From Candidatus Binatia bacterium (GTDB lineage: Bacteria; Desulfobacterota; Binatia; Bin18): 64,000 nucleotides of DNA. Below the pieces are notes generated by a model. That model ran no database searches, was not told the origin of the DNA, and saw only the letters and a program-made list of their open reading frames with translations. Position 1 is the stretch's first letter. Every line of letters starts with the position of its first letter. The stretch is taken from assembly GCA_963664395.2 (NCBI GenBank), contig OY761159.2:2208001-2272000 (forward strand), in the 5' to 3' direction. Both the position numbers and the translations under genes were made by a program. Positions 19,785 through 31,434 of the stretch are shown piece by piece.

Positions 19785-21293
19785 TTAGGCGGAAAAGCTC
19801 TCGTTGAATTCTTTTAGCGCAGTGTCCATACGTCCGGTGAGATCATCATCAAGGGCACCCTTGGTGATGATCTCAGAGTAGATGTCGGGGTGAGAATTTT
19901 CGATGAAGCGGACGAGCTCCGACTCATATTGGGGGATCGAAGGCTCCGGGATGTCATCCAGATAGCCATTGGTGCCGGCGTAGATCATGACGACTTGGCG
20001 CTCGACCGAAAGTGGCTGATACTGCCCCTGCTTGAGGATCTCGACTAAGCGCGTGCCGCGTGCCAGCATCCGTTGCGTGGTCACATCCAAGTCAGACCCG
20101 AATTGTGCAAATGCTGCCATTTCGCGGTACTGCGCCAGGTCAAGTCGCAGAGACCCTGCGACTTGTTTCATGGCTTTAATCTGGGCGTTCCCACCCACCC
20201 GGGAGACCGAGATACCAACGTTCACGGCTGGTCGTACACCGGAGAAGAATAGATCAGACTCTAAGAATATCTGCCCGTCAGTAATAGAAATAACGTTGGT
20301 TGGAATATAAGCGGAGACGTCTCCGGATTGTGTTTCAATGATGGGGAGGGCGGTTAACGATCCGCCCCCCTGGGCGTCGCTCATTTTTGCCGCGCGCTCT
20401 AACAACCGTGAATGGAGATAAAACACGTCGCCCGGAAAGGCTTCACGGCCTGGCGGGCGGCGCAGCAAGAGGGAAAGCTGGCGATAGGCGACGGCATGCT
20501 TTGATAAATCGTCATACACCACAAGGGCGTGCTGACCGTTATCACGAAAATATTCGCCGATAGCAGTCCCGGAGTATGGGGCAATAAACTGAAGCGGTGC
20601 GGCAGCAGAGGCTGCCGCGACAACAATGGTCGTATACTCCATTGCCCCGGCACGGGTCAGCCGTTCAACGACCTGAGCAATAGTCGATTGTTTTTGGCCA
20701 ATGGCGACGTAGATGCAGGAAACATCGCCACCTTTCTGGTTGATAATCGTGTCAATGACGATGGCGGTTTTGCCGGTCTGTCGGTCTCCAATAATAAGCT
20801 CGCGTTGTCCGCGGCCAATCGGGATCATGGAATCAATGGCCTTGATCCCTGTTTGCAAAGGTTCTGTCACTGGTTGGCGGAGAACGATGCCTGGGGCTTT
20901 GACTTCGACACGACGGGTTTCGTTCGTCTCAATCGGACCTTTGCCATCTATCGGTTGGCCCAAGGCGTTGACTACACGTCCCCGCATGGCAACGCCAACG
21001 GGGATCTCAGCAATACGTCCGGTTCGGCGGACCTCGTCGCCCTGTTTAATAGCCTGGACCTCACCAAAGACCGCAGCACCAACATTGTCCTCTTCGAGGT
21101 TCAGCGCGAGACCATACAGGTCACCTGGAAATTGGAGCAGTTCCCCCGAGGCGACCCGGTCGAGACCATGAATACGAGCGATACCATCTCCAGCCGAGAG
21201 TACGGTACCTGTCTCGCGTTGCTCAACCTGGTGGTCATAGCCTTGGATCTGTTGCTTGATGATTTCGCTGATCTCAGCGGCGCGTAGTTCCAT
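19785..21293 (-). CDS. atpA: ATP synthase F1 alpha
   Basis: [31 protein letters not shown]. Confidence 0.98.
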   Translation of the reverse strand: MELRAAEISEIIKQQIQGYDHQVEQRETGTVLSAGDGIARIHGLDRVASGELLQFPGDLYGLALNLEEDNVGAAVFGEVQAIKQGDEVRRTGRIAEIPVGVAMRGRVVNALGQPIDGKGPIETNETRRVEVKAPGIVLRQPVTEPLQTGIKAIDSMIPIGRGQRELIIGDRQTGKTAIVIDTIINQKGGDVSCIYVAIGQKQSTIAQVVERLTRAGAMEYTTIVVAAASAAAPLQFIAPYSGTAIGEYFRDNGQHALVVYDDLSKHAVAYRQLSLLLRRPPGREAFPGDVFYLHSRLLERAAKMSDAQGGGSLTALPIIETQSGDVSAYIPTNVISITDGQIFLESDLFFSGVRPAVNVGISVSRVGGNAQIKAMKQVAGSLRLDLAQYREMAAFAQFGSDLDVTTQRMLARGTRLVEILKQGQYQPLSVERQVVMIYAGTNGYLDDIPEPSIPQYESELVRFIENSHPDIYSEIITKGALDDDLTGRMDTALKEFNESFSA

Positions 21294-21343
21294 TCGTCCC
21301 TCTCGCAGTAATTTTTATGCCAATTCTCTTGAAAATGAGTATC

Positions 21344-21886
21344 TTATCGCTGCTGTGCTAATTGATCGCCGAGCCGGGCGAGCTGTGTTTTGAGGCTGGC
21401 ATCATACACCCGACCTTCAACCTCAACGACGATGCCACCCAAGAGTGTCGCGTCTGTCTCAAAGGCCGGCTCGACCGTTTTTTGTGTGAGTTGGCTGAAC
21501 GTATGCGTAATCAGCTGCTTTTCCTCTTCTGCCAGATCGGCCGCTGAGCGAACCCGTGCGCGAACCCGACCAAGAGCCTTGTCAAGAAGTCGCTGATAGG
21601 CCGCGTTGATAGCGCCGACATCCCGGAGTCGATCATTGTCAGCAAGGACGTGGAGAAACTTCTCGACGGTATCATGTGGAGAGCCTTGGACCACAACCTG
21701 GGCCACTATGTCCTGGCGCACTTTGACCGGGAGCGCTGGAAGCGCGAGTATGTTCGCCAACTCCGGATCAGTAAAAAGCTCGGCAATCCGGCCGAGCTGA
21801 GTGCCGATCGTCTCTCCCTCTCCTTGCTCTTGCGCAAGACTCAGGAGGGCTTTGGCATACCGTTTAGCTGCCTGTGTTCCCGGCAC
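21344..21886 (-). CDS. atpH: ATP synthase delta
   Basis: AKRYAKAL, LLGGIVV...YDASL. Confidence 0.93.
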   Translation of the reverse strand: MPGTQAAKRYAKALLSLAQEQGEGETIGTQLGRIAELFTDPELANILALPALPVKVRQDIVAQVVVQGSPHDTVEKFLHVLADNDRLRDVGAINAAYQRLLDKALGRVRARVRSAADLAEEEKQLITHTFSQLTQKTVEPAFETDATLLGGIVVEVEGRVYDASLKTQLARLGDQLAQQR

Positions 21887-22472
21887 TCCTCACCTCTTGA
21901 ACCAGTTCTTGTACGAGGCGACTGCTATCACTTTTCGTGACATTCTTTTGGATCAGTGCTGTCGCGATCAGTACAGCCTGTGTGGCCACTTCTCGGCGCA
22001 GGAGCCGCCGCGCTTCCTCAACCTCACGTTGCGCGACGAGTTGCACCTCAGTTTGTGCCCGCTCTGCCATCTGTTGGGCCTCTTCCATCAGACGACGGTG
22101 TTCGCGTCCCGCTGCCGCAACCGCGTGATTGCGTAACTGCTCTTCCTCTGCTGCGAGGTTGGCCAGCTTTTCATCATATTCTTGGCGTAGCTTATTTGCT
22201 TCTTCCTTGGCATTCTTGGCTTCCTCAAGCGCTTGTACGACAGTCTCGCGCCGCTCTTTGAGCTTTTGTCGAATGAGGTCCAGGGTAAACTTCCGGATGA
22301 CAAAAACAAAAATGAGAAAATTAATGGTAAAAAAGCCTAAGGTGAGGAGCGGGGAGCCGCCCCCATGCTCCCCAGGTGCGTTACCAGCCGCCCATACCAG
22401 CTCGGAACAGGTAGGGAAGAGAAGAAGGCTGCTGAGGGCGACGCCCACGAGAGGGAGGATCGGTTTCACCAT
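21864..22472 (-). CDS. atpF: ATP synthase F0 subunit b
   Basis: TM segment INFLIFV plus coiled coil; operon position. Confidence 0.85.
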   Translation of the reverse strand: MVKPILPLVGVALSSLLLFPTCSELVWAAGNAPGEHGGGSPLLTLGFFTINFLIFVFVIRKFTLDLIRQKLKERRETVVQALEEAKNAKEEANKLRQEYDEKLANLAAEEEQLRNHAVAAAGREHRRLMEEAQQMAERAQTEVQLVAQREVEEARRLLRREVATQAVLIATALIQKNVTKSDSSRLVQELVQEVRSAGNTGS

Positions 22473-22474
22473 AA

Positions 22475-22930
22475 CTAGGAGAGGGATCTTTCCAGGAGTT
22501 TTTCACTGATTTCATCAGCAAATTGAGGGATCTGCTCTTCAAGGTTTTGCCGGGTGTGCTGGATATCCCGAGCGAGGGTGCCCCGGATGCTGGCAATGGA
22601 TTGCTCGGCCTCTTTCCGCGCTGACTCAACAACTGAGCGAGCTTGGTCTTCCGCGTCTTTGTAGATAGCGTCGACACGATGGCGTGCTTCTGCTCGGGAG
22701 GCGGCTAGTCGGATTTTATACTGTTCGTCCATAGCCTCGGCTTCTGCCTTGACTGCCACCGCTTCTTGCATTGCCCCCTCCGTCCGTTGTTCCCGGGTCT
22801 TGAGCACCGAGAGGGTGGGTTCGAACAGAAGACGGCGTAAACAGACCCAAACAATAAGAAAGAGAATGATTTGGGCTATAAAAGTCCAGTCCGGGGGGAA
22901 AGAAAGCACCGAAGAGGGGTCTCCTCTCAA
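22475..22930 (-). CDS. atpF: ATP synthase F0 subunit b'
   Basis: PDWTFIAQIILF...LLFEP...RE plus coiled coil. Confidence 0.85.
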   Translation of the reverse strand: MRGDPSSVLSFPPDWTFIAQIILFLIVWVCLRRLLFEPTLSVLKTREQRTEGAMQEAVAVKAEAEAMDEQYKIRLAASRAEARHRVDAIYKDAEDQARSVVESARKEAEQSIASIRGTLARDIQHTRQNLEEQIPQFADEISEKLLERSLS

Positions 22931-23026
22931 TATAGAGTCAAAGTAAAAATTGGATTAAATACTATAAAAAGAACAAGTGGAACTGATTCTTCTATCAGGC
23001 TCTATTTCTTTGCGCTCCTTTTATTT

Positions 23027-23914
23027 TCATCCTTTTAAGCGCTGTACAAGCCCCTCTAGTTCGTCATGGGAATAATATTCGATTTCTATCTTTCCCCCCT
23101 TCTTCCGAGGGATGAGTCTGACTTTGGTTCCCAGGGCACGGACAAGGTCTTCCTCAACTGCACTCAGGAAAATACCCGTCTTTTGTATAAGCGTGGGGTT
23201 TTCCGAAACGGACGACTGAACTGGTAATTCCTCGATAACATTGGACTGCGACACGAGTGTTTCTGTCGCTCGTACGGAAAGACCATGCTCCATAATATGT
23301 CGGGCCATTTCCAGCTGTTGCTCTGGAATATTAAGCGCGAGCAGGGCGCGCGCGTGTCCAACGGTTATTGTCCCTTGATCAATCTTTTCTTTTATTTCTT
23401 CAGGAAGATTCAAAACGCGAAGAAGATTGGTGACGACAGGGCGGCTCTTGCCAACGCGCTGCGCAACCTGCTCCTGCGTGAGATTAAACTCTTCCATAAG
23501 CTGTCGATAGGCAAGTGCCTCTTCTATCGGGGTCAGTTCCTCACGCTGGATGTTTTCGACCAGCGCCATTTCGAGACTTTCCGCATCGCTGACTTCCTTG
23601 ACGATGACTGGAACACGCTCAAGCTGGGCACGCTGAGCTGCACGGAACCGTCTTTCACCAAGTATCAGCTCATACCCCTGAGGTATTTTTCTGACCACAA
23701 GGGGCTGTAAAATACCTTGGTTGCGGATAGATTCTGAGAGTTCCGCAATCTTGGCTTCATTAAAATAGCGTCTTGGCTGCCTTGGATTCGGCCGTATTTC
23801 GGAAATGGGAACCCGACGCTCAGCCGGAGTATCGAGCGATGTCCCCTTGGGAATAAGTGCGCCCAGACCTCTGCCAAGGGAACGCCTCTTTACGCTTACC
23901 GCAACGTCACTCAT
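23027..23914 (-). CDS. parB: Chromosome partitioning protein ParB
   Basis: LGRGLGALI, PNPRQPR, GERRFRA, ENIQRE.L. Confidence 0.96.
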   Translation of the reverse strand: MSDVAVSVKRRSLGRGLGALIPKGTSLDTPAERRVPISEIRPNPRQPRRYFNEAKIAELSESIRNQGILQPLVVRKIPQGYELILGERRFRAAQRAQLERVPVIVKEVSDAESLEMALVENIQREELTPIEEALAYRQLMEEFNLTQEQVAQRVGKSRPVVTNLLRVLNLPEEIKEKIDQGTITVGHARALLALNIPEQQLEMARHIMEHGLSVRATETLVSQSNVIEELPVQSSVSENPTLIQKTGIFLSAVEEDLVRALGTKVRLIPRKKGGKIEIEYYSHDELEGLVQRLKG

Positions 23915-24798
23915 CCTTCACCACCCTCTTTTCCCTCTCCCAGTGAGCGAGCGCTCATCGCTGTCGTTGTATGAGTACCTGCTGCAACTGTCGTTGTGGA
24001 ACTGAAATCTCTCTCTGCATTAGTCCACTCTTCGGACTTTCGTCTGAGCAACTCCTGGGCAAGGTCCATATAACTCTTCGCGCCACGGCAAGATGGATCA
24101 TACAAGATGACAGGCAGACCGTGGCTAGGACTCTCACTCAACCGGACATTCCGCGGAATAATGGATTCAAAAACGTACTGAGGAAAGAATTCTCGTATTT
24201 CTTCAGCGACTTGGTGACAGAGTCGATTGCGCGCATCGAACATCGTAAGTAACAGACCTTCAATAGAAAGGTCCGGATTGAGTCTCTCGCGAATGATGTC
24301 GAGTGTTTCTATAAGTGACCGAAGCCCCTCAAGAGCATAGTACTCGCATTGTAGAGGTATCAGTACGCTATCTGCTGCGGTAAGAGAATTAATTGTGAGT
24401 AATCCGAGCGAGGGCGGACAATCGAGGAAAATATAGCGATAGGCAGAGCCATATTGCCGAATAATAGTCCGGAGGCGGTACTCTCTGTCTTCAATGTTGA
24501 GCAGCTCAACTTCCGCACCTATCAGGTCGTGATTGGCGGGAAGAACATCAAGATTTTCAATGGCTGTCTTCTGAATAGCCTCTTGAAGCGTACACTCCCC
24601 AAGGAGCAGTTGATAAATGGTCACTGCATCCTCGTCCGGACGGGCACCTATACCACTTGAGGCATTCCCCTGAGGATCACAGTCAATAAGGAGAGTCTTT
24701 TCTCCAGCTATGCCGATTGCAGCAGAAAGGTTGATGGCAGTAGTTGTCTTCCCGACCCCCCCCTTCCGATTCGCTATACAAATAGTTCTGGCCACCAA
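23911..24798 (-). CDS. parA: Chromosome partitioning ATPase ParA/Soj
   Basis: KGGVGKTT, DPQGNA, DCPPSLG, LQCEYYALEG, ESPSHG. Confidence 0.96.
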   Translation of the reverse strand: MVARTICIANRKGGVGKTTTAINLSAAIGIAGEKTLLIDCDPQGNASSGIGARPDEDAVTIYQLLLGECTLQEAIQKTAIENLDVLPANHDLIGAEVELLNIEDREYRLRTIIRQYGSAYRYIFLDCPPSLGLLTINSLTAADSVLIPLQCEYYALEGLRSLIETLDIIRERLNPDLSIEGLLLTMFDARNRLCHQVAEEIREFFPQYVFESIIPRNVRLSESPSHGLPVILYDPSCRGAKSYMDLAQELLRRKSEEWTNAERDFSSTTTVAAGTHTTTAMSARSLGEGKEGGEG

Positions 24799-24900
24799 GG
24801 TCTCAGTAACACACTATGGAAAGGAAGGGAAGATTGTAGGGAAGTACCTCCAAAAACAGTATAAATGTAAATTTCCCTGTTGGCAGAAGGAGTTAAGTTA

Positions 24901-24916
24901 TGTTTCACGTGAAACA
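24901..24916. promoter_or_regulatory. parS centromere-like site
   Basis: Perfect palindromic consensus TGTTTCACGTGAAACA just upstream of parA, overlapping the rsmG stop. Confidence 0.92.
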
Positions 24917-25576
24917 TTTCTTTCTGAAAAAGAGCGCGTATCTGTCTCCTTCGCCAAAGGGGAGGCGGTATTCATCTATGGCCTCTTGTCTGAAGCGACC
25001 GTACGGTAAATGGTCTTCGCCTGCTGCGACTTCGTCCTTCTTTTGGGGGCCTCGCATTGCTACCGCATAGCCCCCTTCCTTCACAATCGGAAAGGACAGG
25101 GTAAGAAAGTGGGATATATCCCAGGTTGCTCGTGTTACAACGGTATCGAACCAATCCGGCCTGCTATCCTGAGTTGCGAACTCTTCGGCCCTCCCTTCAA
25201 ATATTCTTATATTCTCTATCCCCGTTATCCTGACTGCCTGTTTAAGAAAATTTGCCCTTTTTCTGCGCGTCTCAATGAGAAAGACCTCCCGTTCCTGTCC
25301 GGCTACTGCAAGTATGAATCCTGGAAATCCAGCCCCACTCCCAAGGTCGGCAAAAACACCCTGCCGCGGAAGAATTTGCGAAAAGGCCAGGGAGTCAAGA
25401 ATATGTTTGCGGATAATCGTTTTTGCGTCAGGCTGACCTACGAGATTGAACACCTGAGACCAGCGTTGAAGTTCATCTATGTACAGGCATAGGGTGCGGA
25501 ACGATTGTGGAGAAAACGATATTTTTAAGGCTTCTGCGCCTTTCTCCAAGAAAGAGGCGGTATCTTTATCCATCAA
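24905..25576 (-). CDS. rsmG: 16S rRNA m7G527 methyltransferase
   Basis: HILDSL, DLGSGAGFPG, RAE, VTRA. Confidence 0.93.
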   Translation of the reverse strand: MMDKDTASFLEKGAEALKISFSPQSFRTLCLYIDELQRWSQVFNLVGQPDAKTIIRKHILDSLAFSQILPRQGVFADLGSGAGFPGFILAVAGQEREVFLIETRRKRANFLKQAVRITGIENIRIFEGRAEEFATQDSRPDWFDTVVTRATWDISHFLTLSFPIVKEGGYAVAMRGPQKKDEVAAGEDHLPYGRFRQEAIDEYRLPFGEGDRYALFFRKKCFT

Positions 25577-27439
25577 CTAGGCGGTCCCAGTGCGTTTCAG
25601 GTGAATGGCCAGTAATGATACGGCTGCGGGAGTCACCCCAGGGATACGCGATGCTTGGCCCAGCGAACGAGGACGCAATGTCAGGAGTTTCTCTTTTGCT
25701 TCGGTTGAGAGGCCTTGGACATAAGTGTAATCAATCTCATCTGGAATGAGGGTCTCCTCCATATGCCGGACTCTGTTCACCCCTTCTTCTTGGCGGCGTA
25801 TATAGCCGGCATATTTTACTTCTATCTCCACTTCAGCACCAACTTCTCGGGAGAGGGAAATTGGCGAAGGGCGTATGGATTGGATATCCCCGAAGGACAA
25901 CTCAGGACGGCGGAGTAATTTCGTCAGTGAGGTAGGCGTTTTTATCTCTGCGGTACCTAAAGCAGATAATTGAGTATTCACTTCTTCGTTTGGGGTCAGA
26001 ATACTGTCCTCCAGACGTTGGATCTCCCGGGCAATGTCTTCTTTTTTCCGAAGCGTCCGATCGGCCGATCTTTCATCTATGAGCCCGATTCTATGTCCGA
26101 ATGCGCTCAGCCTCACATCTGCGTTGTCTTCCCTCAGTAACAGCCGATGCTCAGCACGAGAAGTAAACATGCGGTAGGGCTCGCCTCCGACCCCTTTTGT
26201 GACTAAATCGTCTATGAGAACGCCAATATAGGCTTGATCTCGGGAAAAAATTAAGGGGCTATCGCCCCGAACTTTCAGTGTCGCGTTAATCCCTGCCATA
26301 ATCCCCTGTGCGGCGGCCTCTTCATAGCCTGTCGTGCCATTCAGCTGACCAGCGAAGTAGAGGCCTGATATAAGCTTTGTTTCCAGAGTCTGAGTAATCT
26401 GGGTTGGATCAGCATAGTCATATTCAATGGCATAGCCAGGCCGCATGATTTCTGCGTTCTCTAATCCTTTTATTGAACGGACCATGGTGAGCTGTACATC
26501 CAGTGGTAGACTTGTAGAAAGGCCGTTTGGATAGACTTCGACCGTGTCTCGCCCTTCTGGTTCGAGAAAAATCTGGTGGCGCGGCTTCTCTTTGAAGCGG
26601 ATAACTTTATCCTCAATCGAAGGACAATAGCGCGGCCCCCTCCCCTCAATCACGCCGGAATACAGCGGTGAGCGATCAAGTCCTGCTGCAATGGCCTCGT
26701 GCGTTTTCTCATTTGTATACGTAATATGACACGGCAATTGTTCCTGGGTGATCGACTCCGTTGAAAAGGATAAGGCCGGCGGAGGGGTATCTCCGTATTG
26801 CGGCTCCAAAATGTCGTAATTAATTGTTCGTTTGTCCAATCGAGGACACGTGCCTGTTTTGAGCCGGCCAATGTGAAAACCGAGTTCGCACAGGTGACTG
26901 CTCAATCCCTCGACTGCAAAATCGCCTGCCCTTCCTGCTGAATAATTTTTGAGACCAACGTGTATGCGACCTTTTAAAAAGGTCCCGGTAGTCAGAATAA
27001 CTGTATGGGCTGAGAAGGATTCGCCTATCTGAGTCTCAACTCCTTTTACCCTTCTGTTCTCAACTCTGAGGCGTTCCACACTTCCTTGCCGAAGGGTAAG
27101 ATTGGGCGTTGTTTCAGCCACTTTTTTCATACGCTGCCGATACAGTGCCTTATCTGCTTGTACACGCGTTGCGCGAACGGCCGGCCCCTTGCGCGTGTTC
27201 AAGACCCGGAACTGAATGCCGGTCTCATCAATGGCTCGGGCCATTTCTCCACCAAGCGCATCAATTTCACGCACCAAATGGCTTTTGCCTATCCCTCCAA
27301 TGGCAGGATTGCATGACATCTGGCCAATATGATCAAGGTTCAGCGTCAGCATCATGGTCTTACTGCCAAGACGTGCTGCAGCAAGTGCAGCCTCGATCCC
27401 GGCATGGCCGGCGCCAACAACGATGACATCATAGTCCAT
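25577..27439 (-). CDS. mnmG: tRNA uridine modification enzyme MnmG/GidA
   Basis: [36 protein letters not shown]; ATG 27439 with GGAGG RBS. Confidence 0.97.
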   Translation of the reverse strand: MDYDVIVVGAGHAGIEAALAAARLGSKTMMLTLNLDHIGQMSCNPAIGGIGKSHLVREIDALGGEMARAIDETGIQFRVLNTRKGPAVRATRVQADKALYRQRMKKVAETTPNLTLRQGSVERLRVENRRVKGVETQIGESFSAHTVILTTGTFLKGRIHVGLKNYSAGRAGDFAVEGLSSHLCELGFHIGRLKTGTCPRLDKRTINYDILEPQYGDTPPPALSFSTESITQEQLPCHITYTNEKTHEAIAAGLDRSPLYSGVIEGRGPRYCPSIEDKVIRFKEKPRHQIFLEPEGRDTVEVYPNGLSTSLPLDVQLTMVRSIKGLENAEIMRPGYAIEYDYADPTQITQTLETKLISGLYFAGQLNGTTGYEEAAAQGIMAGINATLKVRGDSPLIFSRDQAYIGVLIDDLVTKGVGGEPYRMFTSRAEHRLLLREDNADVRLSAFGHRIGLIDERSADRTLRKKEDIAREIQRLEDSILTPNEEVNTQLSALGTAEIKTPTSLTKLLRRPELSFGDIQSIRPSPISLSREVGAEVEIEVKYAGYIRRQEEGVNRVRHMEETLIPDEIDYTYVQGLSTEAKEKLLTLRPRSLGQASRIPGVTPAAVSLLAIHLKRTGTA

Positions 27440-27449
27440 GCGTCCTCCC

Positions 27450-28865
27450 CTATTTCCCGATACAGAAATCCTGAAACACGCGGTCAAGTATATCTTCACT
27501 ACTGACCTGGCCCGTTATTGTGCCAATATGATCAAGGCTCGCACGCAAATCAACTGCAATCAGATCAAGGGGGAGGCCTGCCGCTAACCCCCGCTCTGCA
27601 CATTGTAAGCTTTCCGCAGCCTGTTCAAGAGCAACTTTATGCCTTATTTTTGTAATAATGATACTCTTCTCAGTATCTTTGCCGTATCCCTCAGGGTGCT
27701 CTCCGCTCTCCTCCCCGAGAACGACCGCTTGTATTGTGTCTCCTAAGTCGTCCATCCCGGTACCGTACAGCGCCGCAATGTGTAGTAGGGGCGCCCCTAC
27801 GGCTAAATTCAGCTTGTCTGACAAACAGGTCGTATCAAGTTTTTGAGGGAGGTCGCTCTTATTCCCCACGAGGATAAACCTTTTTCCTTTGATCTTTTCA
27901 CAGATGAGGGCGTCATCCGCATCAAATGGCTGTGAGAGATCGAAGAGCGCCAAAATGAGTTCTGCTTGTTCGATGCCGGACAGGGTTCGTTCAATCCCTA
28001 TCTTCTCAATCTCATCCGTTGTCTGATGAATCCCGGCAGTGTCCCACACGACGAGGGGAAGGCCGTTCAGGATCACGGTCTCTTCGAGCACATCCCGCGT
28101 CGTACCAGGGACCTTCGTGACAATGGCCCGTTCCGTGCCTACCAAGAGGTTGAGTACACTCGACTTGCCGACATTCGGCTTCCCAATAATAGCTGTCCTG
28201 ATCCCGTCGCGATAGACTTTTCCTTGTGAAAAAGTGGCTGCTAGAGCCTCTATCTCTCTCCGAATTGAAGAGAATGTCTGGCCGATTTCCTGCTGGTTTT
28301 GTTCGGGAATATCTTCTTCAGGAAAATCGATAAAAGCTTCCAGGTAGGCTGTCTGAGTAATGAGTCGGTCCCGAAGGGCTGAACACGCCTGGGAGAGTCG
28401 GCCTGAGAGGTCTTCCCAGGCGAGATGTAAACCTGTCTCATTATTGGTGTGAATGAGGTCCAGCACAGCCTCAGCCTGTATGAGGTCGAGGCGGCCGTTG
28501 AGAAATGCCCGTTTTGTAAACTCACCTGCTTGCGCGAGACGAACTCCCTGGTTGAGAATCGTTTCTAATACTAGACGGGTGAGGAAACTGCCGCCATGGA
28601 GATGCAGCTCAGCGATATGCTCCCCAGTATAACTGTGGGGCGCGCGCATCAGGAGCAGACCGGCTTGGTCAATTGGCTGGCCGTTCGGCTGATCCAGAAT
28701 TTCGCCAAGATAGAAATGGTGAGAATGGATCTTTTCCCACGACGTATGGGGGAGAAAGAGTTGTCTTACTGTTCTTTCTGCGCATGCCCCACTGACTCGG
28801 ATAATGGCGATCCCGCCCTGGCCTGGGGGCGTCGCAATAGCGGCAATCGTATCATGCTCGTACAC
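27450..28865 (-). CDS. mnmE: tRNA modification GTPase MnmE/TrmE
   Basis: [31 protein letters not shown]. Confidence 0.97.
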   Translation of the reverse strand: MYEHDTIAAIATPPGQGGIAIIRVSGACAERTVRQLFLPHTSWEKIHSHHFYLGEILDQPNGQPIDQAGLLLMRAPHSYTGEHIAELHLHGGSFLTRLVLETILNQGVRLAQAGEFTKRAFLNGRLDLIQAEAVLDLIHTNNETGLHLAWEDLSGRLSQACSALRDRLITQTAYLEAFIDFPEEDIPEQNQQEIGQTFSSIRREIEALAATFSQGKVYRDGIRTAIIGKPNVGKSSVLNLLVGTERAIVTKVPGTTRDVLEETVILNGLPLVVWDTAGIHQTTDEIEKIGIERTLSGIEQAELILALFDLSQPFDADDALICEKIKGKRFILVGNKSDLPQKLDTTCLSDKLNLAVGAPLLHIAALYGTGMDDLGDTIQAVVLGEESGEHPEGYGKDTEKSIIITKIRHKVALEQAAESLQCAERGLAAGLPLDLIAVDLRASLDHIGTITGQVSSEDILDRVFQDFCIGK

Positions 28866-28883
28866 AACTCCTCAGGCCACAGG

Positions 28884-29693
28884 TTACGAGCGGGCCGCCC
28901 TCCGGTCTCGATCCCGGCGATTACTACCGGCTTCTTCTGGAACAATGGAGAGGCGGCGGAAATACCCGCGGCCCATACTTCTCGTATCAACAAGTGGGTC
29001 GTCTTCAAGCGCCAAATGGACGACGCGACGATCTCGAGGACTCAGCGGGTTCAGAGTCACTGTTTTCCGCCGCCTCTTTGCTCGCTCGCTCAAGCGGAGG
29101 GCCAAGCTTTCAAGACTCTGGCGGCGGCGTTCACGGTAGCCCTCGGCATCCAAGACCAGATGCGCCTCTTCCTCTTCTCCACGTGCGACCATGCGGTTGA
29201 GAAGGTATTCAAGCGCATCAAGCGTCTGGCCCTTCCGTCCAATGAGTAAGCCATCGACTGTATCCTCAAGATTCACAACGGCTTCTGTCCCTTGGACATC
29301 AAGCAAGACTGGGACTTCCATACCCATAAGACGGAGGGTTTCTGAGAGTATCTGACAGGCCTTTTCTCCTGTCTCTTTGGAAACGGGAACAGGCTGGGCG
29401 TCTGAGTCTCCAGAGGGAGAACGACGTCGTAGGGACGACCGGCTGGCCAGCCCTACAGACTCCTGAGGAGATTCGTCCATACCTTCAGTAGGCTCAGATT
29501 CAAGAGCCTGAAGCGAAGTAGGATTTCTCAGCGTCGCTCGGACTCGCGCCTTCCTCCCGCCAATACCGAGGAATCCCTTTGTGGCCTGGGAGAGAATTTC
29601 TATTTCAACCTGATCTCTCTCTGCTTTCAGTTGTGTCAGGGCAGCCGCAACCGCCTCTTCTATCGTCGATCCTGCCGCTTCAACTGCGCTCAT
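28884..29693 (-). CDS. jag: Jag/EloR RNA-binding protein (KH + R3H)
   Basis: KGFLGIG, LLIGRKGQTLDALEYL, RR.VH. Confidence 0.92.
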   Translation of the reverse strand: MSAVEAAGSTIEEAVAAALTQLKAERDQVEIEILSQATKGFLGIGGRKARVRATLRNPTSLQALESEPTEGMDESPQESVGLASRSSLRRRSPSGDSDAQPVPVSKETGEKACQILSETLRLMGMEVPVLLDVQGTEAVVNLEDTVDGLLIGRKGQTLDALEYLLNRMVARGEEEEAHLVLDAEGYRERRRQSLESLALRLSERAKRRRKTVTLNPLSPRDRRVVHLALEDDPLVDTRSMGRGYFRRLSIVPEEAGSNRRDRDRRAARS

Positions 29694-29712
29694 TGCGTCT
29701 TTTCCTCTTTGA

Positions 29713-31407
29713 TTATGCATATGTTCTTGTATACCAGTGCTGCTGAGCAACACTCAGGACATTATTGATAAGCCAGTATAGCACCAGTCCAGCTGGAAAA
29801 TTAACGAACATAACCGTAAAAATGACAGGCATAAGGAGCATCATCTTCTGCTGGGTTGGATCTCCCGTTGTTGGCATCATCATCTGCTGGATGATCATTG
29901 ATCCACCCATGAGTAAGGTGAGCACAGGGATACCTGGTGGATCAACAAAGGGAATGGCAAGTGCGCCCAATCGATCTGGCTGAGACAGGTCTTCAATCCA
30001 GCCGAAAAATGGGGCTTGTCTCAATTCAATTGCGTACAAAAGCCCCTGATACAGGCCGATGAAAACCGGTAGCTGTACGATCATGGGTATACACCCACCG
30101 AGCGGATTGACTTCGTACCGCTTGTACAGTTCCATCGTTTCCTGGTTCAGCTTTTGTTTGTCATCCTTATGTTGCTCACGTAATCGTTCTATCTGCGGCT
30201 GGAGCTTCTTCATCGCTGACATGGACTTAAAGCTCTTATTACTGAGCGGGAAGAACACCAGTTTGACCATAACAGTCAGTAGGATAATGGCAATTCCGTA
30301 GTTCCCTGTCACCCCATAGAGTATTCTCAGCAATGAGACTAACGGACGGGCAATAAAATGGGACCAACCAAAGTCGACGGCACGGTCAAAGGCTGGGTCG
30401 ACTGCATTGAGGGCAGAGGTATCCTTGGGACCAATATACAGTGTGTATGAGACAGCCTCTCCGCTCCAGGGCATCGAGAGGCGCGTTTCCAGTGTCCCGT
30501 CTTCATCGCTAAAGAATAGCTGTGCCGCTTCGACTTCCTGGGCCTGTCCTGCCTGAGGCATCATCCCTGCCAAGAAATAACTATTTGTGAATCCGGCCCA
30601 ACGAATATCTCCTGGGCCGTACGAGTCCCCGGCTTCCCAATCCCCGGCGTTTTCATACTCAAAGGTACGGCCAATTAGAGCCACCGGCCCGTAGACGTCA
30701 TAATAGCCGGATTTACTTTCTGAATGTGAGCCTTCGAGCCATGACAAAGAGAGGGTAGAAGCCGTAAAAGGAACATGTGTGACATCAACTGTGAGACCTA
30801 TTCCATATCCTTCTCCAGAAAAAGTAAAGGTTTTTGTAAAGGTTGCCCCATTTGCATGCGATCCTCTAAACACCAACTCCCTCTCATCTCCCGCCCGGAC
30901 AAAGAGCTGTTTCCCTGCCCCCTCCGCTGCATACGAGAGTGCCGCGTCAGTGAGCGTGACCTCTCTTCCACTCAAGTACAGGACGAACGGCAGCTCTCCA
31001 TAGGTCCCTGCGTTGACCATTTCCAAAAGTGGGCTGTCCGGGCTGAGAGTAACCGGATATTGTTTGAGTCGGAAGCTTTTTACACGTCCACCTATGGATG
31101 TCAAAACAGCAATATACGTGTCTGTTTCAACTGTTATTTCCTGCTCCACAGGGGCAGAGGGCGTTCGTGGGGTGTGTTGCTGAACACCCGGAGTGTGTTC
31201 TCCCTGTTCAACAACAGCCTGGCGGCGCTCCAAAGGGACCTGAGTCTGTTGACCTGAAGGGGCTGATGATGGTTCCGGGCCGACTACAGATTGTTGATTG
31301 TGGGGGGAGAGAGGTTCAGGAGTCGGGTAGAGGTACGAGATAAGCGATTGATATCCGATAAGAATGAGGATGCAGAGGACAATAGCAAAGAGACTCTTGT
31401 TATCCAT
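29713..31407 (-). CDS. yidC: Membrane protein insertase YidC
   Basis: GNYGIAIILLT, NPLGGCIP, PFFGWI.DLS, PAGLVLYW. Confidence 0.96.
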   Translation of the reverse strand: MDNKSLFAIVLCILILIGYQSLISYLYPTPEPLSPHNQQSVVGPEPSSAPSGQQTQVPLERRQAVVEQGEHTPGVQQHTPRTPSAPVEQEITVETDTYIAVLTSIGGRVKSFRLKQYPVTLSPDSPLLEMVNAGTYGELPFVLYLSGREVTLTDAALSYAAEGAGKQLFVRAGDERELVFRGSHANGATFTKTFTFSGEGYGIGLTVDVTHVPFTASTLSLSWLEGSHSESKSGYYDVYGPVALIGRTFEYENAGDWEAGDSYGPGDIRWAGFTNSYFLAGMMPQAGQAQEVEAAQLFFSDEDGTLETRLSMPWSGEAVSYTLYIGPKDTSALNAVDPAFDRAVDFGWSHFIARPLVSLLRILYGVTGNYGIAIILLTVMVKLVFFPLSNKSFKSMSAMKKLQPQIERLREQHKDDKQKLNQETMELYKRYEVNPLGGCIPMIVQLPVFIGLYQGLLYAIELRQAPFFGWIEDLSQPDRLGALAIPFVDPPGIPVLTLLMGGSMIIQQMMMPTTGDPTQQKMMLLMPVIFTVMFVNFPAGLVLYWLINNVLSVAQQHWYTRTYA

Positions 31408-31434
31408 AGAGATTTCAAACGCCCGCGAGATTGG

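Noticed and set aside
22931-23026. AT-rich gap between parB and atpF' as a possible oriC
   Set aside because: Under 100 bp, with no TTATCCACA-type boxes seen; more simply the atp promoter region
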